This document shows, in pieces, positions 29,295 through 40,797 of a stretch of DNA of 64,000 nt. The translations under genes were made by a program, and so were the position numbers. Every line of letters starts with the position of its first letter. Positions within the stretch are counted from its first letter, which is position 1. The stretch comes from a plasmid. Location of the stretch: the sequence record NZ_CP039562.1; one strand, 5' to 3'. The notes under the pieces are model-generated. The model ran no database searches, was not told the DNA's origin, and was given only the letters and a program-made list of their open reading frames with translations.

Positions 29295-30114
29295 GGCACT
29301 GTTGCAAATAGTCGGTGGTGATAAACTTATCATCCCCTTTTGCTGATGGAGCTGCACATGAACCCATTCAAAGGCCGGCATTTTCAGCGTGACATCATTC
29401 TGTGGGCCGTACGCTGGTACTGCAAATACGGCATCAGTTACCGTGAGCTGCAGGAGATGCTGGCTGAACGCGGAGTGAATGTCGATCACTCCACGATTTA
29501 CCGCTGGGTTCAGCGTTATGCGCCTGAAATGGAAAAACGGCTGCGCTGGTACTGGCGTAACCCTTCCGATCTTTGCCCGTGGCACATGGATGAAACCTAC
29601 GTGAAGGTCAATGGCCGCTGGGCGTATCTGTACCGGGCCGTCGACAGCCGGGGCCGCACTGTCGATTTTTATCTCTCCTCCCGTCGTAACAGCAAAGCTG
29701 CATACCGGTTTCTGGGTAAAATCCTCAACAACGTGAAGAAGTGGCAGATCCCACGATTCATCAACACGGATAAAGCGCCCGCCTATGGTCGCGCGCTTGC
29801 TCTGCTCAAACGCGAAGGCCGGTGCCCGTCTGACGTTGAACACCGACAGATTAAGTACCGGAACAACGTGATTGAATGCGATCATGGCAAACTGAAACGG
29901 ATAATCAACGCCACGCTGGGATTTAAATCCATGAAGACGGCTTACGCCACCATCAAAGGTATTGAGGTGATGCGTGCACTACGCAAAGGCCAGGCCTCAG
30001 CATTTTATTATGGTGATCCCCTGGGCGAAATGCGCCTGGTAAGCAGAGTTTTTGAAATGTAAGGCCTTTGAATAAGACAAAAGGCTGCCTCATCGCTAAC
30101 TTTGCAACAGTGCC
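29295..30114 (+). mobile_element. IS26: IS26 copy 1 (820 bp; tnp26 29358-30062; N184 variant)
   Basis: Terminal IRs GGCACTGTTGCAAA at both ends and a 234-aa Tnp26 ([31 protein letters not shown]...). The flanks are cgttttgt and ccacctgc. Confidence 0.95.
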
Positions 30115-31021
30115 CCACCTGCAGCGCGTTATAATGCATCACATTTTCTGCAGAAAGTGGCATAAGAAGATAGTCCGTATGCCTGTTGACATGCTCGAGC
30201 ATTTCAAACGGGCGCATGTGACGCGGGATTAGATCCGGCGCTCTGGCAATAAGATGAAGGAGATGCTGCTTTTCACGAACTTTCTGTTCACGGATGGAAG
30301 GGCAATACATGGCCAGCATCAGCGTCGATGACAGGGGCAGATAGATTTGTATGCCGGGCACGGCTAGGCCGATATTACCGTACACACCGAAGTCATTGCG
30401 GTTCTCCAGTACCACCGGATTGTCTGACACATAGAACGGATGTTCTGGCCTGGTTTCCAGGAGGTACCAGTCCTTACTTAGCAGGTGTTTAATATGCGAC
30501 ACCTGTTGGACAAGCTGCCGCAGAAAAATGTCTCTGGTATCGCCCCCGGGCGATAAACCCAGAGTTTCTCCTGCCTGCTCCTCAGTCACGCCCATTGCCG
30601 CCAGCTTATCAGTCAGCACCGAAATCATGCCTGAGATACGTTCCAGCTCACCGAAGGTACGTGCGCGCTGCACGGCAACAAACACGGCCAGCTTGTAGCG
30701 GTCATCTTCAGTCAGCCGGCGAATGTCCTTATGCTCCAGTAGGCCGGCAATGACCGGTGCCGCGTCATGTTCGTAAATCCCCAACAACGGTTCAAGACTG
30801 AATCGTTGAGGGTGATTATCGAAGTTGTAGAACGTATTCCGGACGGTGGCGTCATCCGGCGTGGTGGCATAAGCACGCCCGGCAGCCTTATCAAAGGCGT
30901 GTAAACGCTGGCGTTTTCCCTTTACCGGCTTGCTGAAGTGCTTCAGTAAAAAACGGGGGACTGTGTGCTGCCTGACAACGTCGGTCCGCAGGTTTAATGG
31001 TTCGGTCATGGAAATTATCAT
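30115..31021 (-). pseudogene. DUF4238-family (Rst_DUF4238-like) gene, 5' portion (302 codons); 3' end at 56333-56447
   Basis: The N-terminal motif RQHTVPRFLLKHFS resembles the DUF4238 signature. The frame is broken by IS26 after ...MHYNALQV. Confidence 0.5.
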
Positions 31022-31311
31022 CCTTGATGGACTGGTACTGTAGATTCACCGTGGACCAGCGAATCTATTATGTGGTGAGCAGAACATTAACACATCAATG
31101 TAACGCCGTAATCATTGAGTCTTTGCCGGGGACGCTTGACATCTCCGAAAGAATTATATCGTGAGTCTTAAGGGGAATCTCTTGCTTCCGGTTATACATT
31201 TAACCGGATCTAGCTATAAGACTGTTACATCTATTGGGATTAGGTCAGGACAGATAGCCTGAAAGCTTTTATAGTGAGGGACTTCAGAAATACCCTAGAA
31301 AAGGAACTGTT

Positions 31312-33987
31312 ATGGTAGGTTCGCGCTGGTATAAATTTGATTTTCATAACCATACTCCGGCTTCGCATGATTACAAAATTCCTGACATCAGCCCCAGAGA
31401 GTGGCTTCTGGCTTATATGAAACAGCATGTCGATTGTGTTGTAATCAGCGATCATAACAGCGGAGCCTGGGTCGACGTGTTGAAGGGTGAGCTGGAGAAT
31501 ATGTCCCGGGACGCCAGCACCGGCGACCTGCCGGAATTTCGGCCACTGACACTCTTTCCGGGGGTTGAACTGACAGCGACCGGTAACGTACATATTCTGG
31601 CTGTGCTGCACACGCACAGTACAAGTGCCGATGTGGAAAGGCTTCTGGCCCAGTGCAATAATAATAGCCCCATTCCGAGTGAAGTCCCTAACCATCAGCT
31701 CGTTCTTCAACTGGGCCCCGCCGGCATCATCAGTAATATCCGCCGTAATCCGAAGGCTGTTTGTATTCTTGCGCACATTGATGCAGCCAAAGGTGTCTTA
31801 AGTCTGACTAATCAGGCAGAGCTCACCGCAGCCTTTCAGGAAAGTCCCCATGCCGTTGAGATTCGACACCGGGTGGAGGATATCACCGACGGAACCCGCC
31901 GGCGGCTGATTGATAATTTACCGTGGCTACGGGGCTCTGATGCGCACCATCCTGAACAAGCCGGCATGCGAACCTGCTGGCTGAAAATGTCATCCCCTGA
32001 TTTTGACGGACTCAGGCATGCACTGCTCGATCCGGAAAACTGTGTGCTGTTTGATCAGCTCCCTCCGGAGGAACCTGCGTCATATTTGCGCAGCCTGAAA
32101 TTCAGAACCCGCCACTGCCATCCTGTGGGTCAGGATTCGGCCTCGGTGGAATTCAGCCCGTTCTATAACGCTGTAATCGGCTCAAGAGGCAGCGGGAAGT
32201 CCACGCTCATTGAAAGCATTCGTCTTGCAATGCGCAAAACAGAAGGTCTCACTGCGACCCAGGGGAGTAAGCTGGACCAGTTCATTCGGACGGGGATGGA
32301 AGCGGATTCCTTCATCGAATGTATTTTCCACAAAGAAGGCACAGATTTCCGGCTCAGTTGGCGACCAGACAGTAAGCATGAATTACATATCTTCAGTGAC
32401 GGAGAATGGATGCCTGACAGTCACTGGTCGGCTGACCGTTTTCCACTCTCGATTTACAGCCAGAAAATGCTCTATGAGCTGGCTTCGGATACTGGTGCAT
32501 TCCTGCGCGTCTGTGATGAGAGCCCGGTGGTTAACAAACGGGCCTGGAAAGAGCGCTGGGATCAGCTGGAAAGGGAATATCTGAATGAACAAATCACGTT
32601 GCGGGGCCTGCGTGCCAGACAGGGAAGTGCGGATTCGCTGCGGGGGGAATTATCGGATGCTGAACGTGCCGTCAGTCAGCTGCAGTCAAGCGCCTATTAT
32701 CCGGTTTGCAGACAGCTGGCCCTCGCCAGAAACGAGCTGTCCGCAGCAACCTTACCCCTGGAGCACTTTGAGCGGCGTATTGCAGCCATTCAGGCTCTGG
32801 CAGAAGAACCGCTGCAGAGATCCGATATCCCGCCGGAACCTTCCGGTCTGCTGATGGCATTTATGGCGCGCCTGTCATCTGTGCAACAGCAGTATGACCA
32901 GCGGCTCAATACTCTCCTGGCAGAATATGCTGCAGAGCTCGCGGGTATCAGGAGAGAGCAATCTTTTATTGCCCTCCGAACAGCAGTGAGTGACCAGGAA
33001 ACAAATGTAGAAAGTGAAGCTGTTTCCCTGCGGGCCAGAGGGCTTAATCCCGATGTTCTCAACGAACTGATGGCACGCTGTGAGTCACTGAAAAATGAGC
33101 TGAGAAATTACGACGGTCTTGATGGGGCGATCTCTGCCTCTGTTGCACGGTCTGAGCAGTTGCTGGCTGAAATGCGTGCCCACAGAATGGCATTGACAGA
33201 TAACCGGAAGGCGTTTCTCTCCTCCCTGTCGCTCAGCGCTCTGGAAATCAAAATTCTTCCCCTCTGCGCCCCTTATGAAGATGTTATATCTGGTTACCAG
33301 ACGGTTACCGGCATCAGTAATTTTGCCGAACGTATCTACGATAACAGTGACGGGAGCGGATTACTGAGCGACTTTATCAGTGAACGTCCGTTCAGCCCGT
33401 TGCCTGCCGCAACAGAGAAAAAATACAGGGCGCTGGACGAGCTGAAAGCGCTGCATCACAGCATCCGGCTGGATAATTCAGAGGCTGGGGCGGGGCTTCA
33501 TGGTTCTTTCCGGAATCGTCTCAGGAGTCTGAATGACCAGCAGCTGGATGCCCTGCAATGCTGGTATCCTGATGACGGCATCCACATACGTTACCAGACC
33601 CCCGGGGGGCAGATGGAAGACATTGCCTTTGCTTCTCCGGGGCAAAAGGGAGCGAGTATGCTGCAGTTCCTCTTATCCTATGGCACCGATCCTCTACTAC
33701 TGGATCAACCGGAGGATGACCTGGACTGCCTGATGCTGAGCATGAGCGTGATCCCTGCCATCATGTCGAACAAGAAACGCCGGCAGCTGATTATCGTGTC
33801 GCACTCTGCCCCTATAGTGGTTAACGGCGATGCAGAATATGTTATCAGTATGCAGCACGATCGCACAGGCCTGTATCCAGGACTCTGCGGTGCACTGCAG
33901 GAAGCTCCGATGAAGGCACTGATATGCCGTCAAATGGAGGGGGGAGAAAAAGCGTTTCGTTCGCGCTATGAGCGTATTCTTAGCTGA
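31312..33987 (+). CDS. Ppl-like defence protein: N-terminal PHP phosphoesterase domain fused to an SMC/RecF-like ABC ATPase with a coiled-coil insert (891 aa)
   Basis: PHP motifs YKFDFHNHTPASHDY and VISDHNS. Walker A is GSRGSGKST (aa 289-297). The C-terminus has a signature-like SPGQKG, Walker B/D-loop LLLDQPEDDLD and an H-loop IIVSHS. Confidence 0.6.
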   Translation: MVGSRWYKFDFHNHTPASHDYKIPDISPREWLLAYMKQHVDCVVISDHNSGAWVDVLKGELENMSRDASTGDLPEFRPLTLFPGVELTATGNVHILAVLHTHSTSADVERLLAQCNNNSPIPSEVPNHQLVLQLGPAGIISNIRRNPKAVCILAHIDAAKGVLSLTNQAELTAAFQESPHAVEIRHRVEDITDGTRRRLIDNLPWLRGSDAHHPEQAGMRTCWLKMSSPDFDGLRHALLDPENCVLFDQLPPEEPASYLRSLKFRTRHCHPVGQDSASVEFSPFYNAVIGSRGSGKSTLIESIRLAMRKTEGLTATQGSKLDQFIRTGMEADSFIECIFHKEGTDFRLSWRPDSKHELHIFSDGEWMPDSHWSADRFPLSIYSQKMLYELASDTGAFLRVCDESPVVNKRAWKERWDQLEREYLNEQITLRGLRARQGSADSLRGELSDAERAVSQLQSSAYYPVCRQLALARNELSAATLPLEHFERRIAAIQALAEEPLQRSDIPPEPSGLLMAFMARLSSVQQQYDQRLNTLLAEYAAELAGIRREQSFIALRTAVSDQETNVESEAVSLRARGLNPDVLNELMARCESLKNELRNYDGLDGAISASVARSEQLLAEMRAHRMALTDNRKAFLSSLSLSALEIKILPLCAPYEDVISGYQTVTGISNFAERIYDNSDGSGLLSDFISERPFSPLPAATEKKYRALDELKALHHSIRLDNSEAGAGLHGSFRNRLRSLNDQQLDALQCWYPDDGIHIRYQTPGGQMEDIAFASPGQKGASMLQFLLSYGTDPLLLDQPEDDLDCLMLSMSVIPAIMSNKKRRQLIIVSHSAPIVVNGDAEYVISMQHDRTGLYPGLCGALQEAPMKALICRQMEGGEKAFRSRYERILS

Positions 33988-34497
33988 AGAACGGAACCGT
34001 CCTTAAGGCGGCCACGACCGGAGAGTGGGCCTGGCGGCTGAATGCCTGGATAAAAGACGCAAATGTCAGACTGATGGCCTCTGCGTCTTTGTCAGCGCCA
34101 GTGATATAAGACGGTAATGGGGATGCGGACGATTTCCTGGACTCTCAGGAGATGAAACATGTTTACTGAAAAACAAAAAATCCGCGCCATTGAGCTTTTT
34201 TGTCGGGATAAAACGGAAAGCCGCTGGCCAGCCAGCTGTTGTTTACTCGTCACGCGACAGGCAAGCCTGTTCAAAAAACAGGCTTGCCGTACAATAATTC
34301 TCTATATCCAAACTGACCCCTTATAGAGAGCCTGACAGAGGCTGCCATGATATGGGCACATCAAGAATGACAATCCACACTCGTGTTGTTCTATCTGCTC
34401 AACCAGCAAGATATCATTGCGATGACTGTCCATCAGTAAGCGTCCCGGTTCCGGGCGGTCTAGTTTTGTGCCACTGATGTTCTCCCCGCAGTGGTTT

Positions 34498-35382
34498 CTA
34501 ACCATAGTATCTGTGGTAACTTTCACGTGCTTTTTCAAAAAGTTGGCATAGTACTTTACTGTTTTTTTGAGTCCAACTTTTTAATACATCCAGATGAATA
34601 TAGAAAGATGTCTCATCACCTGTTGCTATCAGTACTGAAAAATTTCTCAAGGAGATTGAACATGTGAATAATACATGTCTGAATAAAATATTTTCTTCTG
34701 AATTTGCTTTATGACAAAACGCTATGACAGAACCTGGTAAAAATGTAATATTTCGCATTGTATGATTCAGATCAGATAATAATAAACTCGAAATCGGATA
34801 AATGCCGGAGTTTTCTATATATCCCCTTCCATGCAATTCAAAATCATATGGTATATATTTATCTTTAGTTTCCATATATTCAACAGAGACTATTTTTGAA
34901 GGTGGGATGACCCCATTAAAGATATACCAGGTATCTTCTTTTGTGTTACCTTTTCGCATAATTTTACTTATCTGCTCATCGGTCATCCCCCTTGCCCCCT
35001 CAACCCCCATTGCACCTACGTACTTAACATAAGCTTTAGGTTGTCCAAGGTCACGCATTAGCTTTTTATATGAGCAAAATCCAGGCTGCTTTTTTATCCA
35101 TTCAGTATCTATTTTTAACCTTATTAACTTTTTATTATGTGTTCCATTTATAGACGTAGACTCAGATATATTACCGACTCTTCGCATAAATGATTTTTCT
35201 GATTCACTTAATTTTTCAGTACCGTTACATAATCCGTGACCATATGGTAATGGAGATGTCGTTAACCATACTTTATTATACAAAATTGTTCCATCATACA
35301 ACGTTAGATATCCTTCTCTCAGGCCTTCAGATGCAAGTATGGAATGCAACATAGGAATTGCTGTAAAGTGATATAAATCCAT
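34498..35382 (-). CDS. Unrecognised low-GC protein (294 aa), with possible ART-like N-terminal motif LYHFT
   Basis: Clean ORF with ~33% GC amid ~50% GC surroundings. Its start is 36 bp from the Tn1721 IR. Confidence 0.4.
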   Translation of the reverse strand: MDLYHFTAIPMLHSILASEGLREGYLTLYDGTILYNKVWLTTSPLPYGHGLCNGTEKLSESEKSFMRRVGNISESTSINGTHNKKLIRLKIDTEWIKKQPGFCSYKKLMRDLGQPKAYVKYVGAMGVEGARGMTDEQISKIMRKGNTKEDTWYIFNGVIPPSKIVSVEYMETKDKYIPYDFELHGRGYIENSGIYPISSLLLSDLNHTMRNITFLPGSVIAFCHKANSEENILFRHVLFTCSISLRNFSVLIATGDETSFYIHLDVLKSWTQKNSKVLCQLFEKARESYHRYYG

Positions 35383-35417
35383 AAATAACCCTATTCTGTC
35401 TATTTATATTCATTTTA

Positions 35418-35455
35418 GGGGAGCCCGCAGAATTCGGAAAAAATCGTACGCTAAG
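35418..35455. repeat. Tn1721/Tn1722 38-bp terminal inverted repeat
   Basis: GGGGAGCCCGCAGAATTCGGAAAAAATCGTACGCTAAG. The tnpA stop lies inside the IR. Confidence 0.85.
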
Positions 35456-36967
35456 GTTTTCCGGGCATCCGTAAGGGCCGAAACTTCCCGTCTTCCAGTC
35501 TGCGGCTCTGCCGCCAGACGTAATCGCCGGTTAGGTTGATGTGCTCCCAGCCCAGCGGCGACAGGAATTGCAGCAGCTCGCCGTCCACCGGCTTGCCGGC
35601 CTCGACCAACCCCTGGGTGGCGCGTTCCAGGTACACCGTGTTCCACAGCACGATAGCCGCCGTCACCAGGTTGAGGCCGCTGGCCCGGTAGCGCTGCTGC
35701 TCGAAGCTCCGATCCCTGATTTCCCCAAGGCGGTTGAAGAACACCGCCCTGGCCAGCGAGTTGCGCGCCTCACCTTTGTTCAGGCCGGCATGCACGCGGC
35801 GGCGCAGTTCAACACTTTGCAGCCAGTCCAGGATGAACAGCGTGCGCTCGATCCGGCCCAGCTCGCGCAGGGCCACGGCCAGTCCGTTCTGGCGCGGGTA
35901 GCTGCCGAGCTTGCGCAGCATCAGCGAGGCGGTGACGGTGCCCTGCTTGATCGAGCTGGCCAGGCGCAGGATGTCGTCCCAGTGGGCACGCACGTGCTTG
36001 ATGTTCAGGGTGCCGCCGATCAGCGGGCGCAACGTCGGGTAGGCTTGCACGCCCTGCGGCACGTACAGCTTGGTTTCGCCGAGGTCGCGGATGCGCGGCG
36101 CGAAGCGGAAGCCTAGCAGGTGCATCAGGGCAAAGACGTGATCGGTGAAGCCGGCCGTGTCGGTGTAGTGCTCCTCGATCCGCAGGTCGGACTCGTGGTA
36201 CAGCAGGCCGTCGAGCACATAGGTGGAATCGCGGACGCCGACATTCACCACGCGGGTGCTGAACGGCGCGTACTGGTCGGAGATATGGGTATAGAACAGC
36301 CGTCCCGGCTCGCTACCGTACTTCGGGTTGACGTGCCCGGTGCTCTCGCCCCGGCCACCCGCGCGGAAGCGCTGGCCATCGGAGGATGAGGTCGTGCCGT
36401 CGCCCCAGTGGGCGGCAAAGGCGTGGCGATACTGGTGGTTGACCAGCTCGGCCAAGGCCGCCGAATAGGTTTCGTCGCGGATGTGCCAGGCTTGCAGCCA
36501 GGACAGCTTGGCGTAGGTCAGGCCGGGGCTCGACTCGGCCATCTTGGTCAGCCCGAGGTTGATCGCATCACCGAGGATTGCGGACAGCAGCAACGTCCTG
36601 TCTTTGGCCTCGGCCCCGTCCTTCAAGTGGGTGAAGTGGCGGCTGAAGCCCGTCCAGTCGTCCACGTCCATCAGCAGTTCGGTGATCTTGATGCGCGGCA
36701 GTAACTGGCTGGTTTGGTCGATCAGCGCCTGCGCCCGATCCGGCACCGCCGCATCCAGCGGGGTGATTTTCAGCCCTGACTCGGTGAGGATGGCATCGGG
36801 CAGCTCGTTGTCCTTGGCCAGGCGGGTGACGGTGGCCAACTGCTCGTCCAGCAGCTGCAAACGCTCTTCCAGGTACTGGTCGCTGTTCGGGTTGATCGCC
36901 AGGGGCAGGGCCTGCTCGCGCTTGAGTGCGGCGAACTTCTCGGCCGGCAGCAGGTAGTCGTCGAAGT
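35451..36967 (-). pseudogene. tnpA: Tn1721-like Tn3-family transposase tnpA, 3' ~505 codons, 5' end removed by IS26
   Basis: Tn3-family TnpA C-terminal region (DDE region ...[31 protein letters not shown]...) ending in the Tn1721 IR. The N-terminal extension of the ORF is IS26 read-through. Confidence 0.8.
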
Positions 36968-37787
36968 GGCACTGTTGCAAATAGTCGGTGGTGATAAACT
37001 TATCATCCCCTTTTGCTGATGGAGCTGCACATGAACCCATTCAAAGGCCGGCATTTTCAGCGTGACATCATTCTGTGGGCCGTACGCTGGTACTGCAAAT
37101 ACGGCATCAGTTACCGTGAGCTGCAGGAGATGCTGGCTGAACGCGGAGTGAATGTCGATCACTCCACGATTTACCGCTGGGTTCAGCGTTATGCGCCTGA
37201 AATGGAAAAACGGCTGCGCTGGTACTGGCGTAACCCTTCCGATCTTTGCCCGTGGCACATGGATGAAACCTACGTGAAGGTCAATGGCCGCTGGGCGTAT
37301 CTGTACCGGGCCGTCGACAGCCGGGGCCGCACTGTCGATTTTTATCTCTCCTCCCGTCGTAACAGCAAAGCTGCATACCGGTTTCTGGGTAAAATCCTCA
37401 ACAACGTGAAGAAGTGGCAGATCCCGCGATTCATCAACACGGATAAAGCGCCCGCCAATGGTCGCGCGCTTGCTCTGCTCAAACGCGAAGGCCGGTGCCC
37501 GTCTGACGTTGAACACCGACAGATTAAGTACCGGAACAACGTGATTGAATGCGATCATGGCAAACTGAAACGGATAATCGGCGCCACGCTGGGATTTAAA
37601 TCCATGAAGACGGCTTACGCCACCATCAAAGGTATTGAGGTGATGCGTGCACTACGCAAAGGCCAGGCCTCAGCATTTTATTATGGTGATCCCCTGGGCG
37701 AAATGCGCCTGGTAAGCAGAGTTTTTGAAATGTAAGGCCTTTGAATAAGACAAAAGGCTGCCTCATCGCTAACTTTGCAACAGTGCC
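36968..37787 (+). mobile_element. IS26: IS26 copy 2 (tnp26 37031-37735), sequence variant Y143N / G184
   Basis: Same IRs as the other copies. Tnp differs from the other six at codon 143 (AAT Asn vs TAT Tyr) and codon 184 (GGC Gly vs AAC Asn), plus one silent change. Confidence 0.9.
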
Positions 37788-37878
37788 TTCTGAAACGAAA
37801 TTACAGATTACGGTTAAAATATAAAAAAAAGCCACCAATCCTGCCGGATACGGTGGCTTAAATACAGAATTAATTAAT

Positions 37879-38520
37879 TTATTTCAGTATGTTATCACAC
37901 ATCAGCTGAAGTGTATTGATAAACCTTGCTGCATGAAAACCATCACAGACTGCATGATGAACCTGTACAGAAACAGGTAATAGTACGCGGTCACCTTCCT
38001 GCTGAAACTTTGCCATTGTAAAAACCGGGGAAAAATAATCATCATTTCCGGTGATATTCAGATTAAATCCGTCAAAACTCACCCAGGGTAACGATGATAT
38101 ATTCAGGTGATTCTCCGGTAAATTTCCCTGCGGAAACAACCTGGTATCATGCTGATATTCTGCTGTTACCGCGTTATAACCCGCCATAAACTCACTGAGA
38201 TCCGGAAAATAACGGCAGGACAGTGCGGAGAATGTTTCGGTTTCTTTATGAAAGACAGTAAAGACCGGGTCTGACTGTTCCCAGTAAATCAGTTCATTAT
38301 CTTTCATTGCCATCCGGAACTCCGGAAACTGATTAACAGCCCGGGAGATCAGGTAAATCATCAGCGGATAAAACTTATAACCGGTTTTCGCCAGTGCAGT
38401 ACGCAAAGCGGTAATATCGAGTTTGGTGGTCAGGCTGAATCCGCATTTAATCTGCTGACGATAAAGGGCAAAATGTTCCCTGCGATTCCAGGTATTCAGG
38501 TCAATCCGGGTAAAATTCAT
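37879..38520 (-). CDS. catA2: Chloramphenicol acetyltransferase CatA2 (type II)
   Basis: MNFTRIDLNTWNRREHFALYRQQIKCGFSLTTKLDITALRTALA... with the HHAVCDGFH active-site region. It matches CatA2 from memory. Confidence 0.9.
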   Translation of the reverse strand: MNFTRIDLNTWNRREHFALYRQQIKCGFSLTTKLDITALRTALAKTGYKFYPLMIYLISRAVNQFPEFRMAMKDNELIYWEQSDPVFTVFHKETETFSALSCRYFPDLSEFMAGYNAVTAEYQHDTRLFPQGNLPENHLNISSLPWVSFDGFNLNITGNDDYFSPVFTMAKFQQEGDRVLLPVSVQVHHAVCDGFHAARFINTLQLMCDNILK

Positions 38521-38552
38521 GGTTATTCCTTCTGATTAATAGTGAAAAATAT

Positions 38553-39372
38553 GGCACTGTTGCAAATAGTCGGTGGTGATAAACTTATCATCCCCTTTTG
38601 CTGATGGAGCTGCACATGAACCCATTCAAAGGCCGGCATTTTCAGCGTGACATCATTCTGTGGGCCGTACGCTGGTACTGCAAATACGGCATCAGTTACC
38701 GTGAGCTGCAGGAGATGCTGGCTGAACGCGGAGTGAATGTCGATCACTCCACGATTTACCGCTGGGTTCAGCGTTATGCGCCTGAAATGGAAAAACGGCT
38801 GCGCTGGTACTGGCGTAACCCTTCCGATCTTTGCCCGTGGCACATGGATGAAACCTACGTGAAGGTCAATGGCCGCTGGGCGTATCTGTACCGGGCCGTC
38901 GACAGCCGGGGCCGCACTGTCGATTTTTATCTCTCCTCCCGTCGTAACAGCAAAGCTGCATACCGGTTTCTGGGTAAAATCCTCAACAACGTGAAGAAGT
39001 GGCAGATCCCACGATTCATCAACACGGATAAAGCGCCCGCCTATGGTCGCGCGCTTGCTCTGCTCAAACGCGAAGGCCGGTGCCCGTCTGACGTTGAACA
39101 CCGACAGATTAAGTACCGGAACAACGTGATTGAATGCGATCATGGCAAACTGAAACGGATAATCAACGCCACGCTGGGATTTAAATCCATGAAGACGGCT
39201 TACGCCACCATCAAAGGTATTGAGGTGATGCGTGCACTACGCAAAGGCCAGGCCTCAGCATTTTATTATGGTGATCCCCTGGGCGAAATGCGCCTGGTAA
39301 GCAGAGTTTTTGAAATGTAAGGCCTTTGAATAAGACAAAAGGCTGCCTCATCGCTAACTTTGCAACAGTGCC
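38553..39372 (+). mobile_element. IS26: IS26 copy 3 (tnp26 38616-39320; N184)
   Basis: IRs and an identical Tnp. It lies 32 bp upstream of the catA2 start. Confidence 0.95.
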
Positions 39373-40793
<1,421 letters not shown>

Positions 40794-40797
40794 TAGC

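Noticed and set aside
29244-29885. 213-aa ORF (MIAFNHVVPVLNLSVF...) present in every IS26 copy on the strand opposite tnp26
   Set aside because: It is a known antisense frame within IS26 with no evidence of function. It reappears in all seven copies only because the IS is repeated.
34258-34290. Perfect 11-bp hairpin GGCAAGCCTGT-TCAAAAA-ACAGGCTTGCC downstream of the Ppl-like gene
   Set aside because: It could be a terminator. However, no U-run follows on either strand, and it is ~270 bp beyond the stop. I kept it as a structural note, not a called terminator.
35451-37040. ORFs beginning [24 protein letters not shown]... (also at 41736, 50833, 56260) and MQQC... (39360, 48361)
   Set aside because: The N-terminal residues are translation of the IS26 terminal sequence reading out into flanking DNA. 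They are read-through artefacts, not protein starts. The real features are the truncated flanking genes.
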